A stretch of 64,000 bases of DNA from NCBI GenBank assembly GCA_951406725.2, contig OX597834.1:17608001-17672000 (forward strand), in the 5' to 3' direction. This document shows, piece after piece, positions 26,583 to 39,129 of this stretch. The notes under the pieces are model-generated. The model was not told the origin of the DNA and made no database searches. It was given only the letters and a program-made list of their open reading frames with translations. The translations under genes and the position numbers were made by a program. Numbering within the stretch: position 1 is the first letter of the stretch; every line of letters starts with the position of its first letter. The stretch comes from Octopus vulgaris (Eukaryota).

Positions 26583-27865
26583 ACACTCACACACGTGCGC
26601 ACACACTCATATACATATGTATATACATACGTGCGAATGCTTTGTAAGTGGTGGTGCGCGGAAGTATTTTGAACGGTGTTGGAGGTTCATAGCTTATGCT
26701 TACTCGAGTCTACTGCACTTGTTATCATATTGATTTCTTACATAGAAATATAAATCCTGCGATTAAAAAAAAAAGAAGAGGAAATGGTAATAGGTGACAT
26801 TCATACTTTCGTCAAGAACATTAACGAAGAGTAATTCAGGTGACAATGGCTATGAACAGAAACCGAAACTAAAGTGTGGGTCTGAGCTCGCCAGGCGCTC
26901 GTGTCATTTCTTCGAGCGCTTGCCTTATCACATATGATAAACTATAATGAATAGATGTTTACTTCTTGGCAAAGCTGAAGTAACTCATCACGAATTAAAG
27001 TGATTCGACAACAAATACATGTAAATATGCAAGCCGCTTACAAACGACTACATAGGTTTTCTCTTAATCTCCTCCTTTCATCATCTCTGATTTCATTCTC
27101 CCACCTTCTTTCGTCTTTCTCTTCTTTCTCTTTCAAATCGTCCTGCTATAAACCAGCCACCGGCTAAAGTCTTTCTTTTTTCTTCTTCTTCTTTTTTTTT
27201 TTTTCATCAATGTTTTACTGAAGGCCAGCTATTTCAATCTGTTGCAGCAGTCTTCCACTGATGTGGATTGTTAAAGTACAAAAATAGAACAAATTACTCA
27301 AATATTATATGCAAACATAAACACATAAACACACGTGCATGCTTGCAAACGTACGTAAACCTGAGACATATTCATATATGCACACGCTTCTATCGCATTG
27401 TAAACCATATGTAAACACACGTGTGCATTCACTAACACACACCCACACTAAACACACAGTTTCTATCTTTAACCCTCACACTCACATAACTCTGGTATTT
27501 ACGCGTGTATATTTGCATATACCTCTTTAAACATATATATATCTTTGCGTGTATTCACACAAGACATGTCAAGAAGAGAGAACAATACAAAAAAAGTGTT
27601 TAGGCTACACAACTGCTTAGTAATTAACAAGCGTAAATCGACCATGGAGGTCCTTTGTTGAGAAAAAATTACCAATAAGTTTACCAGTCGGTGGGTTAAG
27701 CATGTGAGAATTCCTGTAGACTCAGCGGAATCTTTACCTGACCTCGAAGAGAAAACGGTTCTCGTTGACAACTTATCCGTGATTTTTATTACTTTTTATT
27801 TTCATAAGTTGTTTCCGAGAGAAAAGAATCACACACACAACCCTACCACCACCAGCAAAAGCACC

Positions 27866-27987
<122 letters not shown>

Positions 27988-28205
27988 ATATTCTCCCCGC
28001 CTCCTTTTATTGTTTTCTTTTTCGTTTATAGAAAATTATTAAAAATTAAAATTTAAATCCGATGAAAAGGAAGCGAAAAAAATAAAACAAACTCTAACAA
28101 TAATGACGATTAAAAAAAATAACGAGACCTTTGGATTTTTACTGAACTTTTACTTCGACTAATTAAAAGTTAGGATAAAAGAAAAATTGGAATTTAACTG
28201 CAACA

Positions 28206-28281
28206 ATGCCTGTCCGAAGAGGCAGAAGGACAGCCGGTAATAGGTTTCTGGATACTATAATAAACCGAGTTGAAGGATCCG
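28206..28281 (+). CDS. KCNH2: First coding exon of an ERG-type (KCNH2/6/7-like) voltage-gated potassium channel (PAS-cap)
   Basis: ATG in ACAATG context. Encodes MPVRRGRRTAGNRFLDTIINRVEGS, 15/25 identical without gaps to human ERG [25 protein letters not shown]. The 76 coding nt are followed by a perfect GTGAGT donor (28282), the same length and phase-1 intron as KCNH2 exon 1. Confidence 0.88.
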
Positions 28282-28722
28282 GTGAGTACAAAGGGGAATT
28301 TTGTTGTTACAGTCGGTGTGTTTTTGGTGACGGGAGAGAAAAGTATTGTTGTTTTTTTTTTCCTTTTTTACGAGTGTGTTTTCTGTGTATCGAGTTTCAA
28401 TACTCATGCATGCAAGTTAGTGTATGAGTATATATTTACATATAAGGACATATATATGAAATAAATATATGTATGTATGCGCACATGAAGTAATTGTTAG
28501 ATGTGTGTGTGTGTTTGACACTGTATAATTGTCTAATCAATATGTATGTATGTGCAAGGAAAATCATGGGAGCATTATAGCATGTGCTCTATCGGAGCAT
28601 ATTTATTATAATTTGCGGCCCACCTGGGACTTATACACTGCGCGATGATAATAATAATAAAAAAAAAATTATGATTGAGTTCAAAAATCATCTTACACTT
28701 TATTATGATACCTGATTAGTAC

Positions 28723-29055
28723 TGGTTTCAAATTTTGGCACTAGGCCAGCAAGTTCGGGGGAGTGGGTAGGGAGAAGTTGATTACATCGACTCTCCGTGA
28801 TCGACTGGTACTTATTTTATCGCCCTCGAAAAGTAAACCTTGGCGGAATTTGAATACACGATTCACATTAGTGACACGCATAAAGCGGCGAGCTGGCAGA
28901 ATCATTTGCACGTCGGGCAAAATGCTTAGCGGTCATTTTGCCTTTCTTTGCGTTCTGCGTTCAAATTCTGCCGAGGTCATTTTGCCTTTCGGGGCCGATA
29001 AAATAAGTACCAGTGGAGCACTGGTGTCGATGTAATCGACTAACTCCTTCCCTTG
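28723..29055. mobile_element. Two head-to-head SINE family A copies (- at 28723-28856, + at 28884-29055)
   Basis: CTGGTACTTATTTTATCG...GGCGGAATTTGAA on the left is complementary to TTCAAATTCTGCC...CGATAAAATAAGTACCAG on the right. Confidence 0.8.
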
Positions 29056-29783
29056 AAATAATTAACTACATAAAGGTATCGAATCCTTTATATTACTTCC
29101 ATCTAAATACTTTAATGATATACATATATCAGCACAAACTCAGATTGCAGTGTAAGTTATTAATATCCGTGTAATGGAAAAACGCATCTTCCTTCTAAAC
29201 TAAATGTGAAGTTTGGCACCCTTTAAGGAAGGGGAAGGAAAATATAGGCCTCTATTTTGTTGTCATTTGTCACATTTTCTAGCAAAACTCTCTTCTTTGT
29301 GGTGCGTTTGGAAGTTAACTTTCACGTCAAAAATACAAACGCGTTTTCTATCCTAGACACGTGTATCTTTCATGAAACTCAAGCCGTATCACTGTGATAC
29401 TGTGTGACAAAACTGGACCTTTGAATTACAAATGAGAGAGAGAGAGAGAATTGATCTAGTATTGGTATTTTACTTGCTGACTCGAATGGATTAAAGTTTA
29501 AGTTGATCTCAATGGGAATTTGATCTCAGAAAGACAGAATCATCACTGCAAAATATTCTCTCCCACGATCTAAGTTACCCTACCAATTCGTTGCGATTAT
29601 TTTCTCGGCTTGAACTTCGGGTCACCCCTCTATGTAGTCGGATCATGAAGGAGTCTAAGTTAATCCTTCTTTAGTAATGAATTTGGATAGGGTATAAGTA
29701 GACTGGAGATGAATTACCGACACTTCGGTTGACCGCACTCGATAACAACATCAATTCAGATAAATGCATACTAACTACGCACC

Positions 29784-29824
<41 letters not shown>

Positions 29825-30972
29825 TGTGTGTGTAAAAGTGTATTGTATGTATAATACGTAATATGAAATTTATTATATGCACCTGACTGTAGAATGAAAA
29901 CTGGATGATGTCTAACTCGCATCCTGTATCTTTATTGCACCCATCAGATATTCGCATTATTTGAAATGATGGCTTTTTGGATTCCCTTAATTCACATTCG
30001 TGACAATAATGCCCCATCGTCATCCTCCAATTAACAACACTTATTAGAATTCGTAGTGAAAGTTACATTTTTTAAACCAAATTACAGAAACATTCCGAGT
30101 GTCACTTATCTCTTCCAAAATTCCTCTACAGTTCTCTTATATAATTTAGTACACCATGCCAGTAATAATTTTTTATGCTGCTTGATTCTATAGAAGTGCT
30201 ACTTTATTTAACCCTTTAATCCATCATTTTAAAACCATTGCTAAACCAGTTATTAAGAAAAAACTGTTGCTGTTATTTTCTCTTGAAAGGATTAACAACA
30301 TAAAGCTTAAATCAAAGAATTGATTTTATTTTTAATGTCGAAGTACCGGCTGAAGAGTTATTAGTTGCGTTTTGTCACCATTGCTGTTTGATGTCCAAAG
30401 CAAATAAGCTTGCTTTTTAGTGATTTAGTCCATTATTTCTAAAGAGGCAGCATCTAAATCCAATTTTATCTACAATTCGGCGATATGAAAAATAGTGTTG
30501 GGTGGGACAGTCATGTTGACGAATGTTGAATTCAAATGGACAGGGCCCTTCGCTAAACTGGCTCATTTTGCTTTTCACTTTCGAAGTTGGGACATGAGCT
30601 TGCGAACTTTGTTAAATAATGACGAATGAAAAGTAAAATACAAATAATGATTGGTAAAATCGCATTTTTCAGAAAGAAATTGTACGTTCCTTGAATTCGG
30701 AGAGAAAAACTTGTTTAACTAGTCTGTGGAAACATCCATATGATAATGTATTCGCACACAAATCTGTCTGTCTGTCTGTCTGTCCTTCCTTCCTTTCGGT
30801 TTGTACGAAACATTGAGAAATTTGAAAATAAGTTTCTAAACTGCACAAATATAAATGGACAGAATTATCTACAGGAACCGAACAACCAGTCTTATACATA
30901 CATGCATACATACATACATACATACATACATACATGTATATGATGCTATGATGTATACATGATATATATGTA

Positions 30973-31021
<49 letters not shown>

Positions 31022-31026
<5 letters not shown>

Positions 31027-31221
31027 AATGTGACCGCGTGTGTACCGTTGGCGATTTTTTTACCTCCTTCTTCCCTTCTTTGGATTTTTCCTTTTCCTAT
31101 GTTTCTGACGAAGAGCTCCGCTCGAAACGTTAAACCATCCTTCTTTCCTTTTTTCCTGAGCGTCCAATAATACTATACTTGTTCCACGTCCTCGCGTTGT
31201 TGTTTTCAGGTTTGGATTAAC

Positions 31222-31226
<5 letters not shown>
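31022..31226 (+). mobile_element. ~200-bp Penelope-like pLTR/retrozyme-like cassette inserted in (TA)n
   Basis: Bounded on both sides by pure (TA)n (~30975-31021 and ~31227-31277). Contains a minimal hammerhead. Confidence 0.65.
31101..31135 (+). ncRNA. Minimal type I hammerhead ribozyme
   Basis: GUUU-CUGACGA-A-GAGC(UCC)GCUC-GAAAC-GUU-AAAC. Stem I GUUU/AAAC, intact CUGANGA and GAAA core, stem II GAGC/GCUC, palindromic AACGUU minimal stem III. Confidence 0.78.
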
Positions 31227-31280
<54 letters not shown>

Positions 31281-31787
31281 CAACAGTTGTAGATATCAAT
31301 AATATATTTTATATAGTGCAATCATGATCTGGTATAGAACTGAATGCGTTGGGTAAAGGGAACAGCCCAGCTAAGTGTGAAATTCGGAGTAGACCGTGAA
31401 CTTTGAAATGTATAATATACGACATCTCTACAGATATGCCCCTATGCAGCCCATCTCATTCACCTTTACCACTCTGTCACTTCCTTTCTCACTAACATTT
31501 GACATTAATCCCTCCTTCCTTTTTTATCCGTTACTTACTTCCTATCCCTATTGTATACTGTTAATCTCTCTACTAATTCACTATCACAACTATAAATCTG
31601 TTCTTGTAATCATATTTAGCTGATGTTGGCATCTCTCTTATAAATATCATACACTATCTTTTATTCCTCTTTATGTCGTAGTAGCCCCTTGAAGTCTTGC
31701 AAGATCCAAAGTCACCTCACTAGTGTTGGTGCCACGAAAAACGCACCCAGTATAAACTATAAAGTTGCTGGCATTAAAACAGGCATC

Positions 31788-31914
31788 ATGTATGTATATA
31801 TGCATGTATATATGCATGTATATATGCATGTATGTATGTATGTATGTATGTATGTATGTATGTATGTATGTATGTATGTATGCATGCATGCATGCATGCA
31901 TGCATGCATGCATG
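31788..31914. repeat. (TATG)n/(CATG)n tetranucleotide microsatellite
   Basis: Direct read. Confidence 0.95.
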
Positions 31915-32221
31915 CAGTTGAAAAGCGGTTAAGAATCTATACAAATCAAAATTTATAGTTAAAAAGTAAAGGTGTAAAACGTACGAAAGTATGTTCAAAG
32001 ATTGCTCCATGTTTATTCCATTGAGTGACCTTTACAAAATATATCCGGTTTCAATCTGTATGTCCTTCCTTTCCTTCAGTGTTCTGCTTGGTTTTAACCA
32101 GAAATGATTGGCGAAAGTAGTATTAATTTTCTAGGTCGTTTAATTTTTCTCAACCGATCAGTGGGTCAATTGAGTAAATCTCACTAATACAATTCCTGTG
32201 TAATATAATATTTAACTTGGC

Positions 32222-32460
32222 CCGTGCGGTAAGAAGCTTGCTCCCAAACCACATGGTTCCGGGTTCGCTCCAACTACGTGGCACCTTGGGCAGGTGCCTT
32301 CTTCTATAGCCTCGAGCCGACCAAGGCCTTGTGAGTGGATTTGGTAGATGGAAACTGTGTGTGTATTTGTCCACCCCCATTGCTTGACAACCGATGTTGG
32401 TGTGTTTACATCCCCGTAACTTAGCGGTTCAGTCAAAGGACCGATCGAATAAGCACTAGG
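32222..32460 (+). mobile_element. SINE family B
   Basis: GTGCGGTAAGAAGCTTGC...GGTTCCGGGTTCG...CTTGGGCAGGTGCCTTCT...GTGAGTGGATTTGGTAGATGGAAACTG. Confidence 0.8.
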
Positions 32461-32488
32461 AAAAGTAAAAGAAAAAAGGAAAAGTGTG

Positions 32489-32535
<47 letters not shown>

Positions 32536-32539
32536 ACAC

Positions 32540-33755
32540 ACATGGCAGAAGTAAATAGACGCCATTATAATTACTAAAATTTATTTAAATCTGAAATTAT
32601 ACATTAAATTTATTTATTAATTGTTATAATATAAATATTTAATATTTAGTAGACGTGCCCTTTGCATTTTTCAATGCAAGGACTCTATTGGGCATGTTAC
32701 TGGTCAGATGACGAATATTCTCTTGCGGAATTTCTTGCCAAGTTTCATGCAGTAATCTCAAAAGATTTGGCTTTGAAGATGCTTTCTTGTTCTTTTTATG
32801 AAGTATCCTGTCCATTATGTCCCAGAGGTGTTCAATAGGGTTCATATGTGGTGACTGGCTTGGCCAAGGAAGCCTTTTAATGCCATTCTCATCCAACAGA
32901 TCTTCGATCATTTTAGCTGTGTGACAAGAAGCCCCATCTTCCATATATAAAGTCTTCTTAAATCATTTCACCACTGGAGAAGATTGGAAGGAGTCCTTTC
33001 TGCAATATGGACACATACTTATCTGATTTTATGTTTCCCTCACATTTTATGTTTCCCTCACACTCCACCAAGTCTAAGAACCATTGCTTCCCAGACCATC
33101 ACAGAATAGCTGCTGTGTTTCATTGTTGGCTGCAATCTTTTCACATCAAATTCTTGATCACAGAGTCTTCAGACACACACTTGACCACTGTCAAGAAATA
33201 CAGCAAATCTAGACTCATCAGCGAATATGACAGTTTCCCAAAATGCTAGTAGCTTCTTCACCATCTCACTGGCCCAATCTTTTCTCCGCTTGATGTTGAC
33301 TGGTCGAAAAAGAGGCTTCCTTCTTGCTGCTCTGCCATAGTCACAAAGTTTGTGGAGATACGTGACAGCTATTCTGGGACTGTCTGCTATGTCAGAGGCC
33401 TTGCAACGAGGGTTATCCTCCACATTTCTCTTAACAAAGAGAAGGGTCTGTCAGAGGCTGATCTGGGTGAGGTGATGCAGACTCCTTTCCCTCTATGGTG
33501 AATTGCACAATCACTCTATTAACTGTAGAAAAGTTTTCTGCGATTATGCGTTGGCTATGTCCACCTTCGCAATGACCCACAATACGGCCTCTTTGAATTT
33601 CAGGCAGTTCTAAGGCTTCTTTTGTACAATGCATGATTAAACAGTTACATATAGAACCTGAACATAAAAGTGTCAATTAATGAAAAATATGAACATTTAA
33701 GTGTGAGAATAAACTTAGAATGATGTTTTATGGGGTGTGTATTTACTTCTATCGC
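32540..33755 (-). mobile_element. Tc1 (D,D34E) transposon, decayed
   Basis: RGRIVG...STVNRVI HTH; AARRKPLF; VIFADESRF; EDGASCH; WPSQSPHMNPIEHLW. Probable TIR remnants CAGAAGTAAATAGAC (~32546) / GTGTATTTACTTCTA (~33738). Confidence 0.88.
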
Positions 33756-33932
33756 GCGCGCGTGTGTGTATTTGTATGTATGTATACACATACATATTTA
33801 TTTCTGAAATTAAAGAATTGGGTATGGAAACAGCTGTAGGTAGGAATTTCTATGCATGAACTTGAATGTCTTTAAGTAAAAACATCTGTACGTAAATTTT
33901 TATCCTTTTTCATAATTTTCTTATTTAAAAAG

Positions 33933-33984
<52 letters not shown>

Positions 33985-34772
33985 GGTATTTATATAAGCT
34001 TAAAGCTTATGGTGATCACCGTGCAATGATAAGGGAAAATAGACTAATAAAGGGGCATGTAAGCCCTCGACAGAAAAAAGAAGGCTTTCCTATCTCATGC
34101 GGGATAGGAAATATACATATATGTATTTACGTATATGTATGTATGTATATGTATATATGTATGTATGTATATGTATATATATATGTATGCATATGTATAT
34201 ATATATATATATATATGCATATGTATATATATATATATGTATGTGTATGTATATATATATGTATGTATGTATGTATATGTATATATGTATGTATATATAT
34301 ATATATGTATATATATGTATATATACGTATATATATATATGTATATATACGTATATATATATATGTATATATACGTATATATATATGTATATGTATATAT
34401 GTATGTATGTATATGTATATATATGTATGTATGTATATGTATATATGTGTGTATGTATAAATATATATGTATGTATGCATATATATATGTATGTATGCAT
34501 ATATATATGTATGTATGTATGCATATATATGTATGTATGTATGCATATATATATATGTATATATGTATGTATGTATATATATATATATGTATGTATATAT
34601 ATATATATATGTATATATATATGTATGTATATATATATATGTGTATGTATATATATGTATGTATGTATGTATATATATATATATGTGTGTATGTGTATGT
34701 ATATATGTATGCATGTATGTATGTATATGTATGTATGTGTATATATATGTATATATATATATATATATGTTT

Positions 34773-34815
<43 letters not shown>

Positions 34816-34852
34816 TATGTATATCTATCTATCTATTTATCTCTCTCTCTCC

Positions 34853-34900
<48 letters not shown>
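33933..34900. repeat. Long (TA)n/(TATG)n low-complexity array with a ~135-bp unique insert (33981-34115)
   Basis: Direct read. Source of the spurious Y/I/M/C/V ORFs. Confidence 0.95.
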
Positions 34901-35099
34901 TTGTATGTTAGTATATACAAATAGGTATACACACATACGTATGACAAACTTGCAAACAAGGTGTCGTCTGAGTAGAAAGACGACTGTTAGGTCCATTGGA
35001 AATCATTTCTGCGTGAAACCATTCATTTATATGAATCGAAATATTCTTATAGATTATTCTAGATCTTTTTACTACCTGAAGTACATGGTAAGGAAGTTA

Positions 35100-35580
35100 A
35101 AAATCTTCGGACGAAAGGAAAAAGAAATTCGTAGTGAATCAAGTTACCTATCGTCACAATTGTTGGGTGATAGCGTTTAAGCCCTCCGGAGTCCCTATTG
35201 TTATCCAAATTAAAAGTCCTGTCTTTGTGATGATGTTTAAATTCATAGCAAATGACATGTGATGCCATCTACTATCGTCGAAGTGGACTTGATATGAGCA
35301 CAACTGACTATTTGGACATCCCTGATAATATTCTGACACCAAGAATTTCTAAACATTATGATCCAAATGGCAATATGTCCACCAAAAACTCGGCACCAGA
35401 GCAAGATTCAAACTACATGCAGGAGGATTATTTCACGGTGAAACTTTGAAACATTCACTATTTGTCTTCAATGATGTTTGGACTTCTAGCCTGCTAGATC
35501 TGAATCTGTGTCTCTTTTGGATGTGGGACGTCATTGAGAAGAAGTCTAATGCAACAATCTATGCCGAAGTCTGCTACTAG
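35100..35580 (+). mobile_element. Tc1/mariner (maT-like) transposase remnant
   Basis: HQNSAPE (cf. QQDSAPAH) near 35380 and WTSSLLDLNL..FWMWDVIEKKSN (cf. WPPSSPDLNPLDF.MW) near 35478-35550. Confidence 0.55.
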
Positions 35581-35774
35581 GAAGGTATTTAGGTTTATTT
35601 GGATGAGGCAAAAAAAAAAAAAATGCTTACCTTTCCACCTCTATATACCTGGTGGTGGTCGTGGTGGATTTATTTAATAATATCTTAAGCATACAAAGTT
35701 TTATGTTTCTATCTTTTCTATTTGTTTTTATTTTGCTTAATTACTGGGCTTGAAACATTACAGCAATATCAATT

Positions 35775-35838
35775 TGTGTGTGTGTGTATGTGTGTGTTGT
35801 GCATGCACACATATAAATTTATATGTATACATATCCGA

Positions 35839-35869
<31 letters not shown>

Positions 35870-35912
35870 TGTATATACATACACATATATATATATATAA
35901 TATATACACATG

Positions 35913-35975
<63 letters not shown>

Positions 35976-35997
35976 GTGTATGTGTGTGTGTAATGTG

Positions 35998-36090
<93 letters not shown>

Positions 36091-36152
36091 GCTTATGTAT
36101 TATATATGCAGACACGCGCGCGCGCACACACACATATACATATATATATATA
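35775..36152. repeat. Mixed (TG)n/(TA)n/(CA)n microsatellite field
   Basis: Direct read. Confidence 0.95.
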
Positions 36153-36559
36153 TTAGATGTACATTCATTTCTAGTTCTACTCAAAACATTTTGCATGAAC
36201 CTACACAAACTCTTTTACATTTTCTCATAAATTCACGAATCTGCAATATATGCGTCTCATGTAAATATAGTCTACGTGTGTCTGATTAAATTTTCATTTT
36301 CTGTCTTTTCGTTTTTTTTTTTCAAACCAATCCTCTGCACTGTGTCCTTTTGTATTTTTCACTGTCCTCTCTATTTTAAGCAGTTTTCTTTCATCTTCCC
36401 AATTATCCTCTTCTCTACTCACCCTGTTGATCCCGTTCACCGCCTGATCAGTTTATTGTATTACATTTTATAAATAAACAGCAGTGGAAGAAAGACAGGA
36501 TAGAAAACAAAAACAATCTCTTTAAAATAAATCAATAACTCATAAACACACTCACATTA

Positions 36560-36598
<39 letters not shown>

Positions 36599-37644
36599 AT
36601 TCGTATGCTTATATTGTAAGTGTAGATGTATGAATGCCAGTGTTAGGTTTGATTGATTTTTATCCATATGTTTGTAAATAATAGAACTTATCTAGTTATT
36701 GTATTCGTTGTTGTTTCTTGAAAAAAGAAAAAAAAAGCTGTTAATCTTATGTACTGAAGGAAAAAACATGAACTCTACGACTTTCCCTTTATTCCTATAA
36801 ACCTGGGATTTAATGGATTAATGAAAAAAAAAAAAAAAATAAGGCATTCTTTGTGTTTTAGTTTCACATCTGTGTTCTGATTTCAATTCCTTCACTTCCG
36901 TCATTAGTGAATTTTCCAATAGAAGTGATGTTCACCATTTTTTTCCTTCTTTTCTTTGTTGCTCTTTTTTTTAAAAAAAAAACGTCTTTTATTGAGTTAA
37001 AAAAATTTTGATCGATATTAATCCGACACAGTTTCGATTCATTATTGTAGTAGCCAATTTCACTTGGCTGACTCCCAAATGTCTTTCAGGTCCTCCGAAA
37101 GAAAGTTAGCGAGGAGGAATAAATCTGCTTTCATGTTCCGAGTCAAAATTCATGGGAATGCGAGTTTTTTTTAAAAAATACTTTCATTATTTAGAAGGGG
37201 TTCTTAGATAGTTACGTGCCTCTCCTGTGTTTCCTTGGTCTTGAAATGATGAACCAGCTGAACCTATACTCCTTCAAGAAAAGAGACGTTGTATAGCTTA
37301 TTTCTCATCATATATAAACTTGAGGTCTTACGATCCAAATCATCACAGTGTGTTATTTAACTAAGAAACTGGAGACATTCACTTTAGACTGATAAGATAT
37401 TGACCAGTATTTGTTTTATTGACCACAAAAGAATTCCTAGGTGGAATTTTAAACTCAGAACTTAAAGGGATGTAACTAAGTATTCTCGGTGTGACAGTTC
37501 GGCAATCTGCTATTCACCATCTGCAGAATAATCATAAGAAGAAACTATATCCATTATAACATTTCCACATTTTCGCTTCTTTTCATATCAAAAACTTCCA
37601 AGGAACGACTTTACAGTTTATTTCTCTAATATGGGTAAAATATT

Positions 37645-38245
37645 GGTTTCAAATTTTGGTACAAGGCCAGCAGATTCAGGTGAGGGCGTATGTCGATTAC
37701 ATCGACTCCAGTGCTCAACTGGTACTTATTTTATCGGTCCCAAAAGGTTGAAAGGCAAAGTTGACCTTGGTGGAATTTGAACTCAGAACTTAAAACGATT
37801 CTGCCTTCTCGTTGCTTTAATATCGATAAAATATTTGTCTTTATTGCACTCAAGGGGCTAAACATAGAGGGGACAGACAAAGGGATTAAGTCAATTACAT
37901 CGACTCCAGTGCATAACTGGTACTTATTTGATCGACTCCGAAAGGATAAAAGGCAAAGTTGACCTCGGCGGAATTTGAACTCAGAACGTAACGACAGAAG
38001 AAATACCTATTTCTATTTCTTTACTACCCACAAGGGGCTAAACACAGAGAGGACAAACAAGGACAGACAAACGAATTAAGTCGATTATATCGACTCCAGT
38101 GTGTAACTGGTACTTATTTAACCGATCCCGAAAGGATGAAAGGCAAAGTCAACCTCGGCGGAATTTGAATTCAGAACGTAACGGCAGACGAAATACCAAT
38201 AAGCATTTCACCCAGCGTGCTAGCCTTTCTGCCAGCTCGCCGCCT
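37645..38245 (-). mobile_element. Three tandem SINE family A units
   Basis: The core GAAAGGCAAAGTTGACCTCGGCGGAATTTGAACTCAGAAC recurs at ~37750, ~37950 and ~38138. Confidence 0.88.
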
Positions 38246-38360
38246 TTCGATAAAATATTATCTCTATGTTGATATACTTTAATATACATTTAAGTGGCGA
38301 ATTTGTATCTCCCAAAGAATATACAGTTCATTCATTCTCTTTTACTACTAGCAAGAGGTA

Positions 38361-38597
38361 AGGCGACTAGCTGGCAGAAACGTTAGCATGCCTGGCAAAA
38401 TGCTTAGCGGCATTTCGTCTGCCGTTACGTTCTGAGTTCAAATTCCACCGAGGTCATCTTTGCCATTCATCTTTTTGGGGGTCACCATTTGAACAGTTGG
38501 GTCGATGAAATAACCACCATTTGAACACTGGGGTCAATGTAATCGTCTTACTCCCTTCCTCGAAATTGCTGGCCTTGTACCAGAATTAGAAATCATT
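38361..38597 (+). mobile_element. SINE family A, inverted relative to the 37645-38245 array
   Basis: AGGCGACTAGCTGGCAGAAACGTTAGC...GAGTTCAAATTCCACCGAGG... Confidence 0.85.
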
Positions 38598-38867
38598 ATT
38601 AGCAAAAGCCCCAACGGAGTTCATCTATGTCATAGGTCCAGTTATTCTTAAACTGTGCATATTAGGCTCAATGAAGTGGTTTTATGTGTTATATATGTTC
38701 GGATGTGTGTATTTGTTTGTTCGGTCAAGGTAAATACTGTGCAGAAATGTCTGACAACGTGCAGCAGGGTAAAGCATAGAAAGCACAAAAAGGATGAAAA
38801 AAGATTTTAAATTTAATTAAGTGTTGAAAGTAATTTTGTTTTATGGAGTGGGATTATGGAATAAATA

Positions 38868-39072
38868 TTGGTTTCAAGTTTTGGCATAAGGCCAGCAATT
38901 TCGGGGGACAAGGTAAATCGATTACATCGATCCTAGTGCTCAACTGGTACTTATTTTATCGACACCGAAAGGATGAAGAGCAAAGTCGACCTCGGTGGAA
39001 TTTAAACTTAGAACGTAAAGACGGTCGAAATGCTGCCAAGCATTTTGCCTGGTGCGTTAACGATTCTGCCGC
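38868..39072 (-). mobile_element. SINE family A
   Basis: Same core and tail as the other copies. Confidence 0.8.
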
Positions 39073-39129
39073 TTTGTTGGTGGAAAAAATATTAAATGAT
39101 ATTGATTAAAGCGAGTCTTGTCAAAAAGT

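Noticed and set aside
28282-28427. Continuation of ORF 28206-28427 beyond codon 25
   Set aside because: ERG similarity stops exactly at the GTGAGT donor. The rest is intronic read-through.
29900-30550. Possible pogo/Tigger remnant on the - strand (FFLNNWFSNGF)
   Set aside because: A single weak motif with no TIRs or catalytic motifs recognised.
35240-35300. FIAN-like sequence as possible ERG PAS exon 2
   Set aside because: An in-frame stop follows, there is no YCNDGFC-like motif, and the region carries mariner-type transposase motifs.
33933-36289. Long ORFs (up to 275 aa) rich in Y/I/M/C/V
   Set aside because: They are translations of (TA)n/(TATG)n/(TG)n microsatellites, which lack stop codons in several frames.
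37645-38245. Regularly spaced repeats suggesting a CRISPR-like array
   Set aside because: Units are ~190-bp SINE copies in eukaryotic DNA, with no short repeat/unique-spacer architecture and no cas genes.
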